DNA of 64,000 nucleotides. Source: Methanobacteriota archaeon (lineage in GTDB: Archaea > Thermoplasmatota > Poseidoniia > Poseidoniales > Poseidoniaceae). Shown piece by piece: positions 58,547 to 64,000 of this stretch. Within the stretch, counting starts at the first letter, position 1; each line of letters starts with the position of its first letter. The DNA lies in the NCBI GenBank assembly GCA_002706065.1, contig PAJM01000017.1, positions 12,722 to 76,721 of the forward strand, in the 5' to 3' direction. Below the pieces are notes generated by a model that did not search any database, was not told the origin of the DNA, and worked only from the letters and a program-made list of their open reading frames with translations. The position numbers and the translations under genes are program-made.

Positions 58547-58866
58547 TTCTGAACCAATTGAAGAATTGACTCTGGTGGCCTTCCTAAAACAGCTTCACCA
58601 TTGTGTATGAGAACAGGTCGTTCCAAGCATTTTGGTTGAGACAAGAGCAAGTGTTGTATGGATTCAGCATCGAGATTTTTGAAATCATAATCGCCACTCA
58701 CGTCCTTCGTTCGAATAATGTTTGGAAGAGTGGATAAGATCTCGACATCATTGGAGTCTACACCTTCTGTGAGATACCTATACTCCTCAAAATCAATTCC
58801 AGCATCCGTAAGTAAAGCAACTGCTTGTCTCGATTTCGAACATCGTGGGTTGTGATACAGTCGCAT
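58540..58866 (-). CDS. ArsC/Spx/YffB-family (glutaredoxin-fold arsenate-reductase-like) protein
   Basis: MRLYHNPRCSKSRQAVALL catalytic-Cys motif. Confidence 0.7.
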   Translation of the reverse strand: MRLYHNPRCSKSRQAVALLTDAGIDFEEYRYLTEGVDSNDVEILSTLPNIIRTKDVSGDYDFKNLDAESIQHLLLSQPKCLERPVLIHNGEAVLGRPPESILQLVQNQ

Positions 58867-58881
58867 CAAATCAACCCAATA

Positions 58882-60252
58882 TCACATGCCAAAGCTTGAC
58901 GGATCCATGTCCATCTCACCATCTTTCATCATTTTTCGCATTTGTTTGTTCAACTTACGGTTTCCGCCCATTCCCTTCATCATTTTACGGGAACGTTTCC
59001 ATTGTGCAATGAGTTCACGAACATCCTTTTCTTTTACACCAGAGCCGCGGGCGATTCGTTGAATTCGTTCCGCTTTAATTTTAGCAGGTTCGTTCTTTTC
59101 CCATCCAGTCATAGAATCCATTATTGTCCGGTAACGGTCGAGATTCCCTTGCATGGCTTCTTTTTGAGATTTGGACATTCCACCAAGACCTCCGAACATA
59201 CTACCGGGTAGGAAAGACATGAGTTTGTCAATTGTGCCTACTTTGGCCATCATCTCCATTTGTTTGTACATGTCATTAAGTGTAAATCGGCCAGACATGA
59301 GGCGCTGTGTGAGACGCATGGCTTCTTCTTCGTCCAAATCCTCAGGTGCAAGGTCGATGAGACCACGTATGTCTCCCATTCCAAGAAGTCGCGAAATAAA
59401 TCGGTCAGCTTCGAATTTTTCAAGATCAGAAACTTTCTCTCCAACACCAATGTGGACAAGTGGAGCACCAGTGGCAGCAACGGCGGACAATGCACCACCT
59501 CCACGGGCAGTACCGTCGAGTTTTGTGACAACGATTCCCGTGACCCCTGCGAGGTCGTGGAATGAAGCAGCAACTGGCCCCGCAGCCTGACCAACTTGAG
59601 CATCGATGACGAGCCAACGTTCGGTTGCACGGGTTATTGATGCAATTCGTTCCAATTCATCAACAAGTTCCTCATCGAGTTGATGCCGTCCTGCAGTGTC
59701 AACGATGACGAGGTCGGCTGCTGAACACGCAGCAAGTCCATTACGAACAATCGTTGTTGCATCTTTTTCTTCTGGTTCTCCATAAACGGTTACAGTAGAA
59801 TCTTCCAATAATTGCGACAATTGAGCGTATGCACCTGGACGATGAACGTCAGCTTCGATCACTGCAACACGCAGTCCGTGCTTTTTCCGATACCATTCGG
59901 CTAACTTTGCGGTTGTTGTGGTCTTACCTTGACCGTACAGACCTACGAGGAGTAAGGTTGCACCACGAGGCTGAAACTCATGGTTTGTTCCGAGAATACG
60001 AACCAATTCGAGGTAGAGAATATTCATCGCATGTGTTTGAAGATCGATGCCTGGACGAGGTTCTTCCTCGCGCATTCGTTCTTCCAGACGATCGACAATC
60101 TCTTTGGTTTGTCGAACGTTAAAATCAGCCTCCTGTAATGCGCGACGAAGACTTTTGGTCATCTCTTTGAGTTCTTCTTCATTGAGACGACGTTTGCTAC
60201 GAAGGAGTCCAAGTGAGCGAAAAATCCCACGTGAGAGTCCCTCAAGCGCCAT
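58882..60252 (-). CDS. srp54: Signal recognition particle protein SRP54
   Basis: N domain, G domain GLYGQGKTTT, DTAGR, TKLDG; Met-rich M domain. Confidence 0.9.
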   Translation of the reverse strand: MALEGLSRGIFRSLGLLRSKRRLNEEELKEMTKSLRRALQEADFNVRQTKEIVDRLEERMREEEPRPGIDLQTHAMNILYLELVRILGTNHEFQPRGATLLLVGLYGQGKTTTTAKLAEWYRKKHGLRVAVIEADVHRPGAYAQLSQLLEDSTVTVYGEPEEKDATTIVRNGLAACSAADLVIVDTAGRHQLDEELVDELERIASITRATERWLVIDAQVGQAAGPVAASFHDLAGVTGIVVTKLDGTARGGGALSAVAATGAPLVHIGVGEKVSDLEKFEADRFISRLLGMGDIRGLIDLAPEDLDEEEAMRLTQRLMSGRFTLNDMYKQMEMMAKVGTIDKLMSFLPGSMFGGLGGMSKSQKEAMQGNLDRYRTIMDSMTGWEKNEPAKIKAERIQRIARGSGVKEKDVRELIAQWKRSRKMMKGMGGNRKLNKQMRKMMKDGEMDMDPSSFGM

Positions 60253-60293
60253 GCATTACCCACCAAGCCTTCTCCTTTGAATCCAACGGAAGT

Positions 60294-61550
60294 TCACTCC
60301 AAGAGTGGAACTTCCAATCGAAGGACATCATCCTCAAGTTTGGCTTTAATTTGTGATGACTTCGCTGGTGATGTTGTTGGTATTGCATGCTCCCGACCAT
60401 TCACTCCAACAAACAGCGTACCATCTTCACTTCGCAGTGAGAGATCATCTCGCTCAAGACCAGGGAAATGTAAATGGATAATTTCAACACCGTCACCTTG
60501 TTCGATGTAGGTACCTCGATGGATTGAATGTTGCAACCGATCTCCTACTGAATAAGGTCCAAGTTCTTTTGAAAGCGTTGTAACCTCACCGTACAATAAC
60601 ATCCCGTAAGTTCGGAGGCGTTCAAGCCCTTGCACTTCTGAATCAAACAAGTCCATTGTCGTAACTGGAATTTTCAAGGTGTCCACGAGTTCAGCAATAT
60701 GCCCCTGTTCTTCAGTACGTCGTCGTTGCAAGAATGGATGGTCTAGTTCTGGTGTAACGCGATTGACCAAACAACCCGTAACAGGTAACTCGTATTCGTT
60801 AAGGGAAGCATTCGCCCGCACAGTCTCGTTGACCCCCATCCGTTCTGGTATGGTGACAAGTGTGAACGATGTAGTCGAGGCATCACTCAAGACTCGGCGT
60901 ACATGTAGCACACGTCGTCGAAATCGCTCCAATTCCTCTTTCATTGCATCGCTTTGTTTTCGACCAAAAAGCATGGAGCGGATACCACCAGAGACGCGCA
61001 TCATACGAAGAAGTCGCCCAGACCATGCTTCAATCAGTTCAGGCAAAGAGAGGAAACGCAAGGTATGGCCTGTCGGAGCCGTATCAAAGACAATCACATC
61101 CCAGGCTGGATTTTCAACGTGTTTCAGCAATTCATCGAATGCAATCGCTTCATCGAGTCCTGGTAGAACCAATTCACTCGAATCAACTTCTTCCTTTATC
61201 GATGCCATTTCTTCCTTTGCTGATTGATCGAACATACCTCCAAGCCCACCCAGTGCAGCAAACGGTGATGAAGACATACCGGAGAGGCTTTCACCAAGTT
61301 TGGGCATGAAGGTTGAAAGTTTGGCCTCTGGATTCAATTCGAGACCAAAAAGACCGGGAACACCTTCGACCGGTGTTGGCTCAGATCCGAGTTGGACACC
61401 AAGTGAATCTGATGTTGAATGTGCTGGGTCACTTGAAACAAGGAGGACTTTGAGGCCAGAATCTGCCAGCCATACGGCTGTTGAGGCTGAAGTTGTGGTT
61501 TTCCCAACACCACCTTTTCCTCCAAACAACAACAATCTCGCCATGGGCAT
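60294..61550 (-). CDS. ArsA/Get3-like P-loop ATPase with C-terminal HSP20-like (ArsA_HSP20) domain
   Basis: FGGKGGVGKTTTSAS deviant Walker A, DTAPTGHTLR, plus ~100 aa beta-rich C-terminal extension. Confidence 0.8.
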   Translation of the reverse strand: MPMARLLLFGGKGGVGKTTTSASTAVWLADSGLKVLLVSSDPAHSTSDSLGVQLGSEPTPVEGVPGLFGLELNPEAKLSTFMPKLGESLSGMSSSPFAALGGLGGMFDQSAKEEMASIKEEVDSSELVLPGLDEAIAFDELLKHVENPAWDVIVFDTAPTGHTLRFLSLPELIEAWSGRLLRMMRVSGGIRSMLFGRKQSDAMKEELERFRRRVLHVRRVLSDASTTSFTLVTIPERMGVNETVRANASLNEYELPVTGCLVNRVTPELDHPFLQRRRTEEQGHIAELVDTLKIPVTTMDLFDSEVQGLERLRTYGMLLYGEVTTLSKELGPYSVGDRLQHSIHRGTYIEQGDGVEIIHLHFPGLERDDLSLRSEDGTLFVGVNGREHAIPTTSPAKSSQIKAKLEDDVLRLEVPLLE

Positions 61551-61630
61551 GACAACTTGTGGAGGTGTTTGAACTCATTGCCTCCAATTGGTGCTAATCA
61601 TCTTATGTATGCGATTCATCAGGACGTCCT

Positions 61631-62413
61631 GTGGTCAATGAATTTCTCACATTCCAAGTTGCCGCAATTTGCGGTCTCATCGGAATGACGCTTGGTTGGC
61701 GCGGAGTCATGACAAAGTATTCCGGATTTTATGACCTACCAACAGCATGGAATCAAGTCTTCTGGGGCATTCTCCTGGGAGGAGCTTTTGCGTCCTATGC
61801 TGATTCTTCCCTGTTTTTACCTTATTATGATGCACAATTAACAGGTGAACGAAGTGCGGAATTGAATGTTTTTCGATTGTTTCTGATACCGTTAATCGCA
61901 ACGATTGGTATGCACTTTCTATTGCGTCGAAAGCGGGTTCGAAAAGGAGGTTCACAAGCGACCAGTGGTTGGGCACTGGGCGTCGCAGTGGGTGGAATGT
62001 TAGCCATTGTGTTGATCACCCGCCGTATTGAAGCCGACATCAGCACACCCATGCATGTAGCAACAGTTCTCCTCATTGGATTTTTTGCACCGAGAGCTGA
62101 AGCGATTATTGGGTCGTATCATGGAACGCTAATGTTGCGAGGCAAGCGTTGGGGTGCAATCCTTCGGGCAACGATTTGGAGGGCTTCAGCCCTGACCATG
62201 TTTTATTTTGCATTTTTCAACCTCATTGCTTGGATCTTCATCATCCCTCCAATTCTTCTTGTACAAAGTTCAGCAGAAAAATGGGTATGGGACTCCGTGC
62301 CAAAAGAAGGAAAGCGACGCTGGAGGAGAATGCAAGCAGATAAGAAGCGTCAAAATCAGCCTACATCGGCACTTCTTGAGCCGATTCATTCACTGCATGA
62401 ATCAGAGGAATGA
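61631..62413 (+). CDS. Hypothetical multi-TM membrane protein
   Basis: ORF track; ~6 hydrophobic helices, basic C-terminal tail. Confidence 0.45.
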   Translation: MVNEFLTFQVAAICGLIGMTLGWRGVMTKYSGFYDLPTAWNQVFWGILLGGAFASYADSSLFLPYYDAQLTGERSAELNVFRLFLIPLIATIGMHFLLRRKRVRKGGSQATSGWALGVAVGGMLAIVLITRRIEADISTPMHVATVLLIGFFAPRAEAIIGSYHGTLMLRGKRWGAILRATIWRASALTMFYFAFFNLIAWIFIIPPILLVQSSAEKWVWDSVPKEGKRRWRRMQADKKRQNQPTSALLEPIHSLHESEE

Positions 62414-62498
62414 TATCGCGCCCTCGGACCTCCTCTATCAATGGTTTGGTCGGTCATCTCACACAACCATTAAACCATGACTGCGAAACCAAGTGGGT

Positions 62499-64000
62499 AT
62501 GGGTTCATGCCCGTATTGCAGTGCGACCACGCTGGATGGCGATACCATTTGCTATTCTTGCGGGAGAGTGTTAGCAAACAGTTCCATCATGGAAAGCAGA
62601 ATTCACCTCCAGAGAGATCGACATAAAGGTTCCAATACATATCGAATGACATCCACTCCGCATCGACGAGGTATTGTGCAAACCGATCGTGGTCGAACCA
62701 AAAACATCCTCAAAGGTAGGAAAAATCGTTTTCGAAGCCTCATCATGCTTGGGTTGGTGGCGTTCATTATGCTTTCACCACAAGCACGTGAAATGACAAT
62801 GGGAAAGATTTCTGAGGCAAAGGAATTCATCACGAATCCGACATCAGGCTATCTCGTGTATGACATTGAGGCTGATTACACGCTCAATCGAATCGTAACG
62901 TTCCAGAACGAAGACAGTGATATGAACGAATTTTTCAATGAAACGTTGCCTATTTCCCCCGACGTCTATGCAGTTGAAAACAGCAATTCGATGTATACGT
63001 ACACTGACGGAACGCAAGATTTACCAAATCCAAAAATACAGGACGTCACTGCCATCGAATTGAGGATTGATGGTCAATCGATCAACATACCACTAGAGAA
63101 TGCTGCGATACGATCACATGCAGATGCGTTTATCACACCAGGCGGTCATAAAGTTTGGTGGCCAGGAACATCAGGTTCTGGTTCTCATTTCTGCATCGGA
63201 GGACCGTGTGTTAAAGTCAACATCAACCTTGGTCCAAATCAAGAACTCAGTTTCGAATATCTTGTTACCATTAGCACCAAATCGTATACTTGGTGGTCCG
63301 ATGTGGACGATGTCGACCCAAGAATCCCTGGATATTCATCCGGAATGCTTGAAGAGCATAGCGGAACGTTTGATGATTTTCAAAATCGAGGCAATGGGGA
63401 ACGTGAATCTGAATTCACCGCCATTCGTTGGTACGATAAAAACCGCCCAGATTACGCTATCGATGCGACGGCAGCAAATGTTATCGCAGCCGTATCAGCA
63501 ATAGATTCCAATTTACCGGATGGAAATCAAAATGCATTCACATTTGCGAAAGCAGCCTTCGATTACATACGAGATAATATCGAATATTATACAGATCCGA
63601 CATCAAAATCTGCTGCGTTAAGCGGACCTTCGTGTTTAGCTGCAGGGCAAGGTGACTGTGATGAACAAACCAATGCTTTCCTCAGTTTATTGAGAGCGAA
63701 AGGGATTCCAGGATGGTACGTATTTGGGATTCTATCAAGCAAGTCCTACACCAAATGGGAAGCACACGCATGGGGTTACATCCAATTACCAATGTCAACG
63801 GAATGGTGCAATGAGAACAACATCGAATTGGACAGTTGCTATGTTGAAGCATCTGTTGATGTAACCAACAACAAGTGGCTGTTGCATACAGCCTCTGCTC
63901 TTATCGATTGGATTGAACAACCTGATCCCAATAGAGATGGAACCTACATCAATGCCTATTACCGTCCTCTTTCTTACTCAGACAAAGATGGCGATGACGA
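62499..64000 (+). CDS. Membrane-anchored transglutaminase-like cysteine-protease-fold protein with N-terminal zinc ribbon, 3' end not in the window
   Basis: Translated directly; unterminated, so absent from the ORF track. MGSCPYCSATTLDGDTICYSCG zinc ribbon, TM helix LIMLGLVAFIMLS, transglutaminase core GQGDCDEQTNAFLSLLRAKGIPGWYVFGI...WEAHAWGYIQL. Same frame as the ORF ending at 62480. Confidence 0.65.
   Translation, partial: MGSCPYCSATTLDGDTICYSCGRVLANSSIMESRIHLQRDRHKGSNTYRMTSTPHRRGIVQTDRGRTKNILKGRKNRFRSLIMLGLVAFIMLSPQAREMTMGKISEAKEFITNPTSGYLVYDIEADYTLNRIVTFQNEDSDMNEFFNETLPISPDVYAVENSNSMYTYTDGTQDLPNPKIQDVTAIELRIDGQSINIPLENAAIRSHADAFITPGGHKVWWPGTSGSGSHFCIGGPCVKVNINLGPNQELSFEYLVTISTKSYTWWSDVDDVDPRIPGYSSGMLEEHSGTFDDFQNRGNGERESEFTAIRWYDKNRPDYAIDATAANVIAAVSAIDSNLPDGNQNAFTFAKAAFDYIRDNIEYYTDPTSKSAALSGPSCLAAGQGDCDEQTNAFLSLLRAKGIPGWYVFGILSSKSYTKWEAHAWGYIQLPMSTEWCNENNIELDSCYVEASVDVTNNKWLLHTASALIDWIEQPDPNRDGTYINAYYRPLSYSDKDGDD

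Noticed and set aside
1-64000. Searched by eye for CRISPR arrays, transposases, integrases and toxin-antitoxin pairs
   Set aside because: No direct-repeat/spacer arrays and no recognisable integrase or transposase motifs were seen; none called.

Overview
This 64 kb window looks like a compact archaeal chromosome segment; gene content and an acidic, moderate-GC proteome suggest a marine planktonic euryarchaeon, possibly Poseidoniales-like, though the lineage is unconfirmed. Coding density is high, genes often overlap by 1-8 nt at junctions, and I see no introns, CRISPR array, integrase or transposase.

**Lineage markers.** A ribosomal-protein cluster (S19e, PDCD5-like DNA-binding protein, L39e, L31e, S17e), plus PAN, Kae1, MBF1, PriS, Tsr3, SRP54 and split transketolase, all point to Archaea.

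**Gene content, left to right.**
- A 5'-partial giant secreted protein and a membrane protein.
- The ribosomal-protein cluster and a SpoU methylase.
- A preQ0 (archaeosine precursor) operon folE-queE-queC-msrB-queD.
- An ABC-2 exporter pair.
- Methylmalonyl-CoA epimerase and mutase, an FKBP isomerase and Kae1.
- A histidine-utilisation set: hutI, then hutH-hutU, with FtcD-type formiminotransferase and cyclodeaminase further on. It is interrupted by tRNA-Val(GAC) and an unusual pair encoding a Zn-ribbon, multi-EF-hand, hyperacidic membrane protein and a small Zn-ribbon partner, with a divergent DUF835 gene.
- An S15 X-Pro peptidase, an MFS transporter, a YdeP-family molybdoenzyme with FdhD, Tsr3, MBF1, PAN, MetRS and a CNNM/CorC protein.
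- A long minus-strand run: alpha/beta hydrolase, RDD-like protein with a histone-H1-like tail, a Pro-rich repeat protein, PriS, a small YHS/TRASH-like metal-binding protein, a half-length DOHH-like HEAT-repeat protein with two His-Glu motifs, and mqnD.
- Futalosine-pathway genes mqnA and mqnC/E beside a large TSP3-repeat surface protein.
- A Ca-type P-type ATPase, an OPT transporter, transketolase N/C and transaldolase, ProRS, an ArsC-family protein, SRP54 and an ArsA/Get3-like ATPase with an HSP20-like tail.
- A 3'-partial Zn-ribbon transglutaminase-like membrane protein.

**Most notable candidates.**
- The stand-alone half-DOHH-like diiron-type protein, translationally coupled to mqnD and followed by a YHS-like protein.
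- The EF-hand / Zn-ribbon acidic pair next to the tRNA.
- A QueC variant whose four Zn-ligand cysteines are replaced by Ser/Asp.

**Coordinates.** ORF-track coordinates were used as anchors. Features I located directly in the raw sequence (tRNA, hairpins, L39e, edge-truncated ORFs) may be off by 1-2 nt.
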